A program made the position numbers and the translations under genes. A stretch of DNA of 64,000 nucleotides from Hemiscyllium ocellatum (taxonomy: Eukaryota), in the NCBI RefSeq assembly GCF_020745735.1, contig NC_083432.1, positions 45,757,874 through 45,821,873 on the forward strand, given 5' to 3'. Position 1 is the first letter of the stretch; each line of letters opens with the position of its first letter. This document shows, one piece after another, positions 50,072 to 62,159 of this stretch. The notes beneath the pieces are model-generated. The model worked only from the letters and a program-made list of their open reading frames with translations, had not been told where the DNA came from and searched no databases.

Positions 50072-51104
50072 ATGTTTAAGAAGGAAGTTGAAGGGAAAGT
50101 TAGAACAAGGGAAGTCAAGAAAGACAATGGTATCAATGAGGCAGAAAACTCAGAAAGGGATCATGCTGTAAGGTTGAGTGAAATAGGAGTTGATGGGAAG
50201 GCTGAGGGCAGTAACAAATTAAAAATACTATACATGAATGCACAAAGCATTAGAAATAAGATGGATGAGCTTGAGGCTCTTTTGGAAATTGGCAGATACG
50301 ATATTGTGGGGATAACTGAGACGTGGCTTCAAGTGGACAGGGCCTGGGAAATGAATATTCAAGGCTACACGTGCTATCGTAAGGACAGACTGACGGGCAG
50401 AGGGGGTGGGGTGGCCATGTTGGTAAGGGATGATATTCAGTTCCTTGTGCAGGGGTCCTAGAATCAGGGGATTTAGAGTCAGTGTGGATAGAGCTGAGAA
50501 GTACTAAGGGTAAAAAGACCCTCTTGTGAGTTATCTACAGGCCCCCAAACAGTAGTCTGGATGTCGGATATAAATTAAATCAGGAGCTGAAATTGGCCTA
50601 TCGCAACGATGTTACTACAGTTGTTATGGGGGATTTCAACATGCAGGTAGACTGGGAGAATCAGGATGGTATTGGACCTCAAGAAAGAGACTTTGTGGAG
50701 TGCCTCAGAGATGGATTCTTAGAACAGCTGGTGCTGGAGCCAACCAGGGAGAAGGCAATTCTAGATCTAGTATTGTGCAACGAACCAGAATTGGTCAGGG
50801 ACCTCGAAGTGAAGGAGCCATTGGGAAGTAGTGACCATAATACAATAAGCTTCAATCTGCAATTTGAGAGGGAGAGGGTACAATTGGAAGTGACAATATT
50901 TCTGTTGAATAAAGGGAACCATGGAGCTATGAGGGAGGAGCTGGCCAAAGTTCAATGATGCAATACCTTAGCAAGGATGGTAGTGGAGGAACAATGGCGG
51001 ATATTTCTGTGTATAATACAGAAGTTGCAGGATCAGTTCATTCCAATAAGGAAGAAAGTTCCTAGGAGGAGGCATGGGTGGCCATGGCTGACGAGGGAAG
51101 TTAA
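50072..51104 (+). pseudogene. CR1 ORF2 APE endonuclease region, disrupted
   Basis: YMNAQSIRNK, VGITETWL, RKDR..GRGGGVA, VMGDFN, ILDLVL, GSSDHN. Confidence 0.9.
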
Positions 51105-51200
51105 GAGTAAAAAATGAGGTCTGCAGATGCTGGAGATCACAGCTGCAAATGTGTTGCTGGTCAAAGCACAGCAGGTTAGGCAGCATCTCAGGAATAGAGA

Positions 51201-51236
51201 ATTCGACGTTTCGAGCATAAGCCCTTCATCAGGAAT
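51201..51236 (-). ncRNA. Minimal type I hammerhead ribozyme motif, intact
   Basis: AUUC-CUGAUGA-A-GGGC-UUAU-GCUC-GAAACGUC-GAAU. Confidence 0.75.
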
Positions 51237-51369
51237 AAGAGAGAGAGAGCCAAGCAGGCTGAGATAAAAGGTAGGGAGGAGGGACTAGGGGGAGGGGCGA
51301 TGGAGGTGGGATAGGTGGAAGGAGGTCAAGGTGAGGGTGATAGGCCGGAGTGGGGTGGGGGCGGAGAGG

Positions 51370-52382
51370 TCAGGAAGAGGATTGCAGGTTAGGAGGGCGG
51401 TGCTGAGTTGAGGGAACCGACTGAGACAAGGTGGGGGGAGGGGAAATGAGGAAGCTGGAGAAATCTGAATTCATACCTTGTGGTTGGAGGGTTCCCAGGC
51501 GGAAGATGAGGCGCTCCTCCTCCAGCCGTCGTGTAGTTGTGTTCTGCCGGTGGAGGAGTCCAAGGACCTGCATGTCTTCGGTGGAGTGGGAGGGGGAGTT
51601 AAAGTGTTGAGCCACGGGGTGATTGGGTTGGTTGGTTCGGGCGGCCCAGAGGTGTTCTCTGAAGCGTTCCGCAAGTAAGCGGCCTGTCTCACCAATATAG
51701 AGGAGGCCACATCGGGTGCAGCGGATGCAATAGATGATGTGTGTGGAGGTACAGGTGAACTTGTGGCGGATATGGAAGGATCCCTTGGGGCCTTGGAGGG
51801 AAGTGAGTGTGGAGGTGTGGGCGCAAGTTTTACATTTCCTGCGGTTGCAGGGGAAGGTGCCGGGGGTGGAGGTTGGGTTGGTGGGGGGTGTGGATCTGAC
51901 AAGGGAGTCACGAAGGGAGTGGTCCTTGCGGAACGCTGATAGGGGAGGGGAGGGAAATATATCCTTGGTGGTGGGGTCCGTTTGGAGGTGGCGGAAATGG
52001 CGGCGGATAATACGTTGTATGCGCAGGTTGGTGGGGTGGTAGGTGAGAACCAGTGGGGTTCTGTCTTGGTGGCGGTTGGAGGAGCGGGGCTCAAGGGCGG
52101 AGGAGCGGGAAGTGGAGGAGATGCGGTGGAGGGCATCGTCGATCACGTCTGGGGGGAATCTGCGGTCCTTGAAGAAGGAGGCCATCTGGGTTGTGCGGTG
52201 TTGGAATTGGTCCTCCTGGGAGCAGATGCGGCGGAGACGAAGGAATTGGGAATATGGGATGGCGTTTTTACAGGGGGCAGGGTGGGAGGAGGTGTAGTCC
52301 AGGTAGCTGTGGGAGTCAGTCGGTTTATAATAGATGTCTGTGTTGAGTCGGTCGCCCGAGATAGAAATGGAAAGGTCTAGGA
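51370..52382 (-). CDS. PLE polyprotein fragment: RT C-terminus/thumb, Cys-rich linker, GIY-YIG endonuclease (no true start)
   Basis: LDLSI...IYYKPTDSHSYL..SSHP, IPYSQFLRLRRICS, CNRRKCKTC, IIYCIRCTRCGLLYIGETGR..RFREH, HFN..H, GMN. Confidence 0.9.
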
Positions 52383-52926
52383 GAAGCATATATGTTAAAA
52401 GAGAAAAAGTATAACATAGCAAACATAAGTGGGAAAACGGAGGACTGGGAAGCTTTTAAAGAACAACAGAGGATTACTAAGAAGGAAATACGCACAGAAA
52501 AATGAGGTATGAAGGTAAACTGGCCAATAATATAAAGGAGGATAGTAAAAGTTTTTTTAGGTATGTGAAAGGCAAAAAAATGGTTAAGACTAAAATTGGG
52601 CCCTTGAAGACAGAAACAGGGGAATATATTACGGGGAATAAAGAAATGGCAGAAGAATTGAATTGGTACTTCAGATCTGTGTTCACTGGGGAAGACACAA
52701 GCAATCTCCCTGAGGTAACAGTGGCTGAAGGACCTGAACTTAAGGGAATTTATATTTGCCAGGAATTGGTGTTGGAGACACTGTTAGGTCTGAAGGTTGC
52801 TAAGTCCCAGGACCTGATGGTCTACATCCCAGGGTACTGAAGGAGGTGGCTCAAGAAATTGTGGATGCGTTGGTGATTATTTTCCAGAGTTTGATAGATT
52901 CGGGATCAGTTCCTGCGGATTAGAGG

Positions 52927-54291
52927 GTGGCTAATATTGTACCACTTTTTAAGAAAAGTGGGAGAGAGAAAGCAGGAAATTATAGACCAGTTAGTCTGAC
53001 CTCAGTGGTGGGAAAGATGCTGGAGTCTATTATAAAGGATGAAATTATGACACATCTGGATAGTAGTAACAGGATAGGTCAGAGTCAGCATGGATTTATG
53101 AAGGGGAAATCATGCTTGACTAATCTTTTGGAATTTTTTGAGGATGTAACTCTGAAGATGGACAAGGGTGATCCAGTAGATGTAGTGTACCTGGACTTTC
53201 AGAAAGCTTTTGATAAAGTCCCACATAGGAGGTTAGTGGGCAAAATTAGGGCGCATGGTATTGGGGGAAAATTACTAACTTGGATTGAAAGTTGGTTGGC
53301 TGACGGGAAACAAAGAGTAGTGATAAACGGCTCCATTTTGGAATGGCAGGCAGTGACCAGTGGGGTACCGCAGGGATCAGTACTGGGACCGCAGCTTTTT
53401 ACAATATATGTTAATGATATAGAAGATGGTATTAGTAATAACATAAGCAAATTTGCTGATGATACTAAGCTGGATGGCAGGGTGAAATGTGATGAGGAAG
53501 TTAGGAGATTACAGGGTGACCTGGACAGGTTAGGTGAGTGGACAGATGCATGGCAGATGCAGTTTAATGTGGATAAATGTATAGTTATCCACTTTGGTGG
53601 CAAGAATAGGAAGGCAGATTACTACCTAAATGGAATCAATTTAGGTAAAGGGGCAGTACAGAGAGATCTGGGTGTTCTTGTACACCAGTCAATGCAGGTA
53701 AGCATGCAGGTACAGCAGGTAGTGAAGAAGGCTAATAGCATGCTGGCCTTCATAACAAGAGGGATTGAGTATAGAAGCAAAGAGGTTCTTCTGCAGCTGT
53801 ACAGGGCCCTGGTGAGACCATACCTGGAGTACTGTGTGCAGTTCTGGTCTCCAAATTTGAGGAAAGACATTCTGGCTATTGAGGGAGTGCAGCATAGGTT
53901 CACGAGGTTAATTCCTGGAATGGTGGGATTACCTTACACTGAAAGACTGGAGCGACTGGGCTTGTATACCCTTGAGTTTAGAAGACTGAGAGGGGATCTG
54001 ATTGAGACATATAAGATTATTAAAGGATTGGACACTCTGGAGGCAGGAAACATGTTTCCGCTGATGGGTGAGTGCCGAACCAGAGGACACAGCTTAAATA
54101 TACGGGGTAGACCATTTAGGACAGAGATGAGGAGAAACTTCTTCACCCAGAGAGTGGTGGCTGTGTGGAATGCTCTGCCCCAGAGGGCAGTGGAGGCCCA
54201 GTCTCTGGATTTATTTCAGAAAGAGTTGGATAGAGCTCTCAATGATTATGGAATCAAGGGTTATGGAGATAAGGCAGGAACAGGATACTGA
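52927..54291 (+). pseudogene. CR1 ORF2 reverse transcriptase and C-terminus (454 aa open; upstream stop and frameshift)
   Basis: [49 protein letters not shown]. Confidence 0.95.
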
Positions 54292-54383
54292 TTAAGGATG
54301 ATCAGCCATGATCATGTTGAATGGTGGTGCCGGCTCGAAGGGCAGAATGGCCTACTCCTGCACCTATTGTTTATTGTCTATTG

Positions 54384-55085
54384 AGCTGTTTGCTGTTGGG
54401 GGAGAGGCTGGGGAGCTGTTTCTGCTGTTGGGGGGAGAGGCTGGGGGGAGCTGTTTGCTGTTGGGGGAGAGGCTGGGGGGTGCTGTTTGCTGTTGGGGGG
54501 AGAGGCTGGGGGAGCTGTTTGCTGTTGTGGGGAGAGGCTGGGGGAGCTGATTCTGCTGTTGGGGGGAGAGGCTGGGGGGAGCTGTTTGCTGTTGGGGGGA
54601 GAGGCTGGGGGAGCTGTTTGCTGTTGGGGGAGAGGCTGGGGGAGCTGATTCTGCTGTTGGGGGGAGAGGCTGGGGGGAGCTGTTTGCTGTTGGGGGGAGA
54701 GGCTGGGGGAGCTGTTTGCTGTTGGGGGAGAGGCTGGGGGGTGCTGTTGCTGTTGGGGGGAGAGGCTGGGGGAGCTGTTTGCTGTTGGGGGGAGAGGCTG
54801 GGGGAGCTGATTCTGCTGTTGGGGGGAGAGGCTGGGGGGAGCTGTTTGCTGTTGGGGGGAGAGGCTGGGGGAGCTGTTTGCTGTTGGGGGGAGCTGTTGC
54901 TGTTGGGGGGAGAGGCTGGGGAGCTGTTTGCTGTTGGGGGGAGAGGCTGGGGGAGCTGATTCTGCTGTTGGGGGGAGAGGCTGGGGGGAGCTGTTTGCTG
55001 TTGGGGGAAAGGCAGGGGGAGCTGATTCTGCTGTTGGGGGGAGAGGCTGGGGGGAGCTGTTTGCTGTTGGGGGAAGAGGCTGGGG
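54384..55085. repeat. G-rich minisatellite, right part (same family as 49180-49805)
   Basis: GCTGTTTGCTGTTGGGGGGAGAGGCTGGGGGA units alternating with a GCTGATTCTGCTG variant. Confidence 0.95.
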
Positions 55086-55365
55086 GGACTCCAGAACAAA
55101 GGGAATTACAGCAAGGCTATTCAAGGCTGAAGATAAGAAGCGTTCCTTCACTGAAAGGGGAGTGGAAATCTGGAACTCTCTCTCTCCTGAAAACCCCCTT
55201 AGTTGGGAGGTTATCTGGCAATGTCAAATCTGATTGCTAGACTTTTTTGTTTGTGAGGGATAGTTAAGCTATCTGAGCACAAGGATGGAGTTAAGATAGA
55301 GATGGGCCATAGTCTAATGAATCGTGGAATAAAATCGAGGGACTGAATGGCTTCCAGTTCTTTCT
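55086..55365 (+). mobile_element. Old CR1 3' end, continuing the fragment that starts near 49150
   Basis: GDSRTKG.ITARLFKAEDKKRSFTERGVEIWNSL then GAGGGACTGAATGGC 3' UTR. Confidence 0.7.
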
Positions 55366-56329
55366 TTCTGTTGGTTTTGTGTGAAATGTCATGTGTAGCC
55401 ATCGTCTGGGATTGTTGCCGATGGAATTTCAGCAAAGGCTGAACTGAGTGGCTCAACTGGAAGATGCTTTATATCCTGGGAGTGTAACCAATGTATTATG
55501 TACACAGCTTCCTCTCTAGTTTGGGTCCATATTGTAAATTCTCTAATACAGATCATCCTGTTATAATGCGCATTTCAATAGCACAAACCTCCTATAACGT
55601 GATTGACAAACTGGGGATGCTGTCTCTAACACACAAGTTTCAAACCCGTGCGCTGGCTGTAATCCTGAGATGTACATTTGCCAACAATTTAAGTGCTGTT
55701 TCTACAGCCTGATTTTCCTATAATGTGGCGCTGCGCAAGAATGCAACGATTGCATTATAGAAGAGCTGATGGTATATAGGAGACTCCGAAATATAGATGC
55801 AACAATAAACCTTTCAGCCCATGATGCCTGTTCTGCCAATCAGTTAGATCATGGCTGATCATTGTTGCATAAGGTAATGGTTCTGAAAGGGTTTACCTTG
55901 AAGCTGAATTAGCTTCACCAAACTTAAAATGTAACAGTGTTTGGGTTTCGAATCAGACAGTCGAGCATGAAGTCCCGATGGAGACATCATCCTGGCTCCT
56001 GTAAATTGTAATTATGCGTAACTGTTTCATATCAATTCTACCTATTGCTATCATACAAGAAACTGCACTGTGTTATTTTCAACAAACTCCTCTTCTTGCT
56101 AAGATTCTCGAGTGAATTCTCACTGATACTTGGCCAGGCCATTACACTCAGAAAGAGGGATTAATGGCAGTAAATCTTTCTGACCAAAAGTGCAGGTAAT
56201 AAGTGTCACACACCAATGGTTTGTGTCCTATATGACACCTATTACCTGCACTATCTCCACACCCCTTTATGTCATTAATTTGCAGAAACCTGTTGACTTC
56301 TGTCATAAACCTCTGCAATGACTGAACTC

Positions 56330-56725
56330 CCACTGCCCTCTGCGGTAGAGAATTCCAAAGATTCGCCCCGCCTTGAGTGAAGAATTCCTTCTCATCTCAA
56401 TGTCAATCCTTAAAGGTCCAATCCTCATCCTGAGATCATGTACATTTGTTCAAGATGAATCAGACAATCTAAGCATTTAATAGGTTTTCATGGGGTCACC
56501 TCTCATTCTTCGTAAGTCGAGGGAATAAAGACTCAGTTTTCACATCCTCTCCTCATTAGACAATCCCAGTATCCGAAGGAACTGGCCCCAATAGCTTCCC
56601 GTGGGAGAGAATTCCACAGGTTCACAACTCCCTGAGTGAAGAAATTCTTCCTCATCTCGGTCCTGAATGGCTTACCCCTTATTCTTACACTGTGACCCCT
56701 CGTTCTGGACCTCCCCAACTTTGGG
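56330..56725 (-). mobile_element. Two adjacent CR1 3' fragments
   Basis: GRSRTRGHSVRIRGKPFRTEMRKNFFTQGVVNLWNSLP; second copy of the same region at 56330-56560. Confidence 0.75.
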
Positions 56726-57031
56726 AATATGTTAAATCAGTCCCTCTCTCCACAGATGTCAGCCGACCTGCTGAGTTTCTCCAGCAGTTTCTCTTTTTTA
56801 TCTCAGATCTCCAACATCTGCAGTATGTTGCTGTTATCCAAGTTCCTTTTCATTATTTCCTCCTGGTGCCTGAGTTCAGCTTCATTCCTCTTGTCTGCAC
56901 TGACTTCACCATTTGTCACTCTTATGTCCTGGCAACTAAACTGGGAAAAGTGCTAAATGCATGGCTCCGCTGCACCATGACATGGGTAGCCATGATTTCC
57001 TCTGCCTTATGATCTGTTGGTTTATCAACAT

Positions 57032-57344
57032 GGGCTGCACGGTGGCACAGTGGTTCGCACTGCTGCCTCACAGCGCCTGAGACCCGGGTTCAATTCCCGA
57101 CTCAGGTGACTGACTATGTGGAGTTTGCACGTTCTCCCCGTGTCTGCGTGGGTTTCCTCTGGGTGCTCCGGTTTCCTCCCACAGTCCAAAGATGTGCGGG
57201 TCAGGTGAATTGGCCATGCTAAATTACCCGTGGTGTTAGGTAAGGGGTAAATGTAGGGGTATGGGTGGGTTGCGTTTCGGCGGGTCAGTGTGGACTTGTT
57301 GGGCCGAAGGGCCTGTTTCCACACTGTAAGTAATCTAATCTAAT
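57032..57344 (+). mobile_element. HE1-type V-SINE, young subfamily
   Basis: Complete head, core and (TAATC)n tail. Confidence 0.9.
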
Positions 57345-57374
57345 AACTCACCACCCTATCTGCTCTGCCGAAGA

Positions 57375-57815
57375 GATTTACGAGGAGATGGCTGGAGATG
57401 GAAAGTTTGAATAATAAAGAAAGGCTGGATAGACTGGAATCTTTTTCATTGGAGGTTGAGAGGTGACCTTACAGAAGTTTATAAAATCATGAGGAGTATA
57501 TATATAGGGTTAATGGTAGATGTATTTCCCTGAGGATCTGAGTTCAAAGGTGCATTTTTAACATTTTAAGAAAGAGATTTAAAAAAGATGTGAGGGGCAA
57601 AGTTTTTATGCAGAGGGTTGTTCATGTGTGGAATGAACTTCCTGAGGAAGTGCTGGATTTGAATACAATTACAATGTTTAAAAGACATTTGAATACATAA
57701 TATAAATAAAGGTTTGGAGGAATATGGGTCAGGAGCAGACAGGAGGAATTAGTTTAGTTTGGGATTATGTTCGGTATGGACTAGGGTTTGTTTTTGTGTT
57801 GTATGACTCTATGAC
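57375..57815 (+). mobile_element. CR1 3' fragment
   Basis: GAGGTTGAGAGGTGACCTT...TATAAAATCATGAG; GTGTGGAATGAACTTCC; TATGACTCTATGACT tail. Confidence 0.8.
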
Positions 57816-58524
57816 TCATGTTGCCTGAATATCTCAAGTGTTGTTATATCTTTGTAGAACTCATCGTGGATTTGATGTTGCTAGAATTGTCCCAGAATTG
57901 GAAATTAATCTCCTGGACAAAATATGGAACAAGTCAAAATAAAAATCACAGGGGCATTAGGTGTTGTTGACTATTTGTGTTGAACACTTGCAATATTAAG
58001 TACAGAGCTATCAGTGACAGTGAAGAAGGCTGGTTCTATTCAAGCAAGAAAGAGAAATGTTTGCTTCTTAATTGGCTTCTGAAAGGAAAACGCGAAAAGG
58101 ATATTAAGTTGGGGAATCAATGGCAGTGGCTTGGGGTGGCTGATGATAGAAAGTCATGTGATGAAACCTCAGAATAAATCCAGCAAAAGTTGACAACTCT
58201 TTCTCGGGATTTTCGATTCTATTCCTGGAGGAGAGTAACTCGATCACCCAATTACTCAATGCTTAAAAGTTTATTTTTATCTGAAATAGACCACTGTAGA
58301 TACTGAGTTGCCTAATACTAAATTTTATTTTCTTAAACAAACTCAATTGAGCTTTTTTTTTGTCAGTGCATGGACAGTATTATGGTCAGGCTGCTGATTT
58401 CAGCATGCACCCAACCTTCTGTATTTCGGGGGGTGCTGGGAGCACTGGTGGATTGAGGATCAAACCTATTTAATATGCCCGTTCTGTTGAAAGCACAAAG
58501 TGCAGGAACCTGAAATAGTCAATT

Positions 58525-58655
58525 GTGTGGCGCTGGAAAAGCACAGCAGGTCAGGCAGTATCTGAGGAACAGGAAAATTGACATTTCGGGTATACCCCCT
58601 TCATCATTATTCTAATCTTGACTCTAATCTCTAGCATCTGCAGACCTTACTTTTG
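58525..58655. mobile_element. Rearranged PLE end remnant
   Basis: GCTGGAAAAGCACAGCAGGTCAGGCAG...ATTTCGGG...CTTCATCA then inverted CTCTAATCTCTAGCATCTGCAGACC. Confidence 0.6.
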
Positions 58656-58754
58656 CCTAGGAAGCTGAAATACCCTGCCAATATTCTACAGAATGGCTGA
58701 GCTCTTGCTTTTCTCTGCTTTAACATAGAGAAGTGTATTGGGTATCTCCTTTGT

Positions 58755-59384
58755 TCTGGATGTAGGTTTGCTCGCTGAGCTGGAAGGTTCATTTTCAGAT
58801 GTTTCGTCACCATACTAGGTAACATCTTCAGTGAACCTCAACAAGCAAAACTAATGTCATTTACAGAATGCCGTGCAGGGACTGTAACAAACACTACACT
58901 GGACAAACAGGCAGAAAACTAGCCAGCAGGATACATGAACATCAACTAGCTACAAGATGACATGACCCTTTCTTACCTATCCTTACATACACATAAGGAA
59001 AGACATCACTTCAGTTGAGACAACACATCCATCCAAGGACAAACCAAATAAAGACACACATGAGAATTCCTAGAAGCATGGCATTCCAACCAGAACTCTA
59101 TCAACAACACATTGAGTTAGACCCATCTACCACCTCCTGAGAAAAACAACAGGAAGTGATTTCGCCGTTGGAAATGACATCACCGCTGGAAATAACATCA
59201 CCAACCCAAAGAAACCCAAACATATAAATAGAAAGCAGGAATTATCAGCGATACTTCATACAGAGCCCACTGAAGATGTTACCTAGTATGGTGACGAAAC
59301 GTCTGAAAATGAACCTTCCAGCTCAGTGAGCAAACCTACATCCAGAACCTCAACCTAAGTTACAAATCTTTTCAAAACTCACTA
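58755..59384 (+). mobile_element. Truncated Poseidon/Penelope-type PLE (GIY-YIG relic) with inverted terminal copy and 13-bp TSD
   Basis: NVIYRMPCRDCNKHYTGQTGRKLASRIHEHQ, FLEAWHS, LDPIY; TSD GTATCTCCTTTGT at 58742 and 59385. Confidence 0.85.
59266..59307 (+). ncRNA. Minimal hammerhead ribozyme motif (inverted twin at 58794-58835)
   Basis: CA-CUGAAGA-U-GUUACC-UAGUAU-GGUGAC-GAAACGUC-UG. Confidence 0.7.
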
Positions 59385-59429
59385 GTATCTCCTTTGTGTA
59401 AAGCCTCTAATCTCTCAGCATCATTTTAG

Positions 59430-59533
59430 GGACAAAAACTGAAGTTGGTGGAAAAACTCAGCAGCTCTGGCAGCATTTGTGGAGAGAAATCAGAGTTAAC
59501 AGCTCAGGCCGAGTGACCCTTCCTCAGAACTGA
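59430..59533 (-). mobile_element. PLE end remnant (11169 family)
   Basis: GTGGAGAGAAATCAGAGTTAAC...GAGTGACCCTTCCTCAGAAC. Confidence 0.6.
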
Positions 59534-60407
59534 ATTATTATTCATCATTTTAAGGAAACTCCTTCAAGAGCAAGCCACCCGAAAGGGGCTTGTAATATCT
59601 GAACTGCATTCCACCCAAAAATAGGGCATTGCAACAACAACAACTAACATTTATGTAACAGCTTTGATGCAGCACGATATCCCAGAGTGCATCAGCGATA
59701 GTGTCATTGGACAGAAATTGACACTGACATTTGAGCAAAAAGGTTTTACAAAAAAATCTCTTGAAGGATGAGAAAAAGAGATGGGAGAGCCTCACTGTGT
59801 TCCTGCTCCTGTTTCTCCATTTAAAGTCTGACAGCTGACGGCTGCTTTCATATGTCTCAAATAACAAAATGTCCTCAAACTGTACACTCTTTCTCTAATT
59901 GCCGAAATTCTTCTCATTAATATCAACTGTATGTGATGTGAGCTGTAAGGCAATCCAGAAGCAGTGTAGATAAAAGCTCAAACTAGGAGCTCTGGACATT
60001 TCCATCATTTTTTTGGCTGCTCCATTGTACCCACAGGTCTCCAGCAGGCTGTGGTTGTTATAATCCCACAAACAGCAATACAATGACCAGGTTATCAAAT
60101 GTTCAGATGGTTAAATATTAAATGCAAGACCTGAGGGAAAATTACAAACAGAAAGTGCTGGAGAAACCCAGCAAATCTGCTGGCATTTGTGGAGAGAGAA
60201 ACAGAGTTAACATTTCACAGTACAAGGGTGTGCAGGTTCGGTGGATTAGCCATGGGAAATGTAGGGTTACAGGGATAGAGTAGGGTGTGATGCTGGGTGG
60301 GATACTCTCCGGAGAGTACATCTGGACTTGTTCAGCCAAATGGCCTCTTTCCACATTATGGGGATTCTAAACATTCTAACCATATCAACTCTGATATGAC
60401 TCTAAGA

Positions 60408-60806
60408 ATCATAGAGTCACAGAGGTGTACAGCACAGAAACAGACCCTTCGGTCCAACTTGTCCATGCCGACCAGATATCTAATCTAATCTAATCCCATT
60501 TTCCAGCATTTAACCCATACCACTCTAAACCCTTCCTATTCATATACCCATCCAGATGCCTATTAAATGTTGTGATTGTACCAGCCTCCATCACCTCCTC
60601 GGGCAGCTCATTCCACACACGTACCATCCCTCTCACCTTAAACCTATACCCTCTAGTTCTGGACTCCCCTACCCCTGGGGAAAAGACCTTGGCTATTTGC
60701 CCTATCCATGCCCCCTCATGATTTTATAAACCTCTATAAGACCACCCCTCAGCCTCCAACTCTCCAGGGAAAATAGCCCCGGCCTATTCAGCCTCTCCCT
60801 GTAGCT
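60408..60806 (-). mobile_element. CR1 3' end
   Basis: Collinear with 17258-17697. Confidence 0.85.
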
Positions 60807-61819
60807 CTTCTTCACAACTCAATGAGAACAGCCTGTTTTACTTCACCATACCACCTCTACCTGAGAGGATAGACCTCTCCTCGGTTTGACAGTGCACCCA
60901 GAGGATTACAGTGCAGCACTGATGTGGGCTCAGCCTGGGCTGACATCCTGAAACTTTGCATGGCACTGAAACCCACAATGTTGGAGCTGGGAGGTGGGAG
61001 AATCGTCAAATGAGCCACAACAACACAAGCCCGAGCTCTTCAGAGATATTATTGCACACCCTTGAAGCAGGTGGGACTTAACCTGGGCCTCCTGGCTGAG
61101 AGGCATGGAAACTACTACTGTCCCACCTTAATTCTTACAAGGACATTGTAGCATCACTCAAACAGCCTAAAACACTTTGTGTGCATTCATTTCTCTGGTG
61201 CTGTTCTTATCTGAGCGATGACAGGACAAACAGCAAGAAGTGTAAGGGACTGTCAGCTGAATTACAAGCTATCTTGTTTCTGGATTATTAATTGTTAGCT
61301 GAGCACCAGTACTGATTGTAAAGATGATCTTTTCAGTCAGAAAGCTGTGGGCTACTGTTCCACTAAATCCTTGAGTAGAACTTTATCGAGAATGTGCTTC
61401 CCAATTGCCATCCTTCAGCTTGATGCTAAAGGTCCAAAAGAGACCATGGAGACCAGCTCTTCTTCCTCAAGCAATTGTGACTTAGGAACTGGAGTAGGCC
61501 ATTCAGCCCCTCAAGCCTATTCCACCACTCAATGAGATCATGGCTGATCAATAGTCGGAAGTCCAGATACCTGCCTTTGGCCCATGTCCCTTAATATCTC
61601 AACTTAACAAAACATATCCTTCTCGGATTTAGAGCTAATAATGGCTGATCTAGCATCCAGTGTCAATTGTAACATAGAGTTCAAACAGTTACAATCCCCA
61701 ATTCGATTAATGTACATCTTGTTGATGTAACTGATCACATGGCACTGACATCAGTCAGAGAGAAACATCCCTGTCTAGAGTGAGTATATGGAGTGAGAGG
61801 TATAGCATATCGCAAGATC

Positions 61820-62128
61820 GAACCCTTGCAGTGCAGAAAGAGGTTATTTGACCCATCAAGTCTGTACCAACCCTCCCACCCAGACCCAGCACCCACCCTA
61901 TTCCCATAACCCTTTATTTACCATGGCTAATCTGCCTACCCCCTACACACTACAGGGCAATACAGCACGGCCAATCCACCTGATCTGCACAGCTTTGGAC
62001 AGTGGGAGGAAACCAGAGCACTCAGTGTAAACCCACGCAGACACGGGGAGAATGTGTAAACTCCACTTCCTGAGGGTGGAATTGAACCGGGATCCCTGTG
62101 CAGCAGCAGTGCTAACCACCATGCCACC
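61820..62128 (-). mobile_element. HE1-type V-SINE, diverged
   Basis: GTGGGAGGAAACCAGAGCAC...ACCCACGCAGACACGGGGAGAATG...GCAGCAGTGCTAACCAC. Confidence 0.75.
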
Positions 62129-62159
62129 TCTCTGATACTCTACACTAGAACACTGTATT

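Larger units (their letters stand above)
51105..52382 (-). mobile_element. Young 5'-truncated Neptune-type PLE inserted antisense in CR1 ORF2
   Basis: Uninterrupted ORF plus 3' end with intact hammerhead; CR1 reading GAAGTTAAG resumes as AAGCATATA. Confidence 0.92.
49806..54383 (+). mobile_element. 5'-truncated CR1 LINE (end of ORF1, all of ORF2, 3' UTR) interrupted by a PLE
   Basis: ORF1 esterase end, APE, RT and (CTATTGT)n tail in the expected order. Confidence 0.95.

Noticed and set aside
43650-55085. CRISPR-like arrays of 27-35 bp repeats
   Set aside because: No unique spacers, no cas genes, and the DNA is vertebrate
54384-55085. Immunoglobulin switch-like region (GAGCT and TGGGG motifs)
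   Set aside because: No Ig exons seen nearby, and the unit is explained by amplification of a CR1 segment
49160-55240. Pro/Gln-rich and Gly/Leu-rich ORFs in the second minisatellite
   Set aside because: Translation artefacts of the repeat unit
55863-56140. Solo LTR candidates (also about 24655-24820 and 39360-39640)
   Set aside because: LTR-like composition, but TG...CA ends and TSDs could not be fixed
58958-58960. In-frame TGA in a PLE GIY-YIG relic as selenocysteine (as in Naiad PLEs)
   Set aside because: The position fits CGA-to-TGA decay of an Arg codon, other stops and frameshifts follow, and no SECIS was recognised
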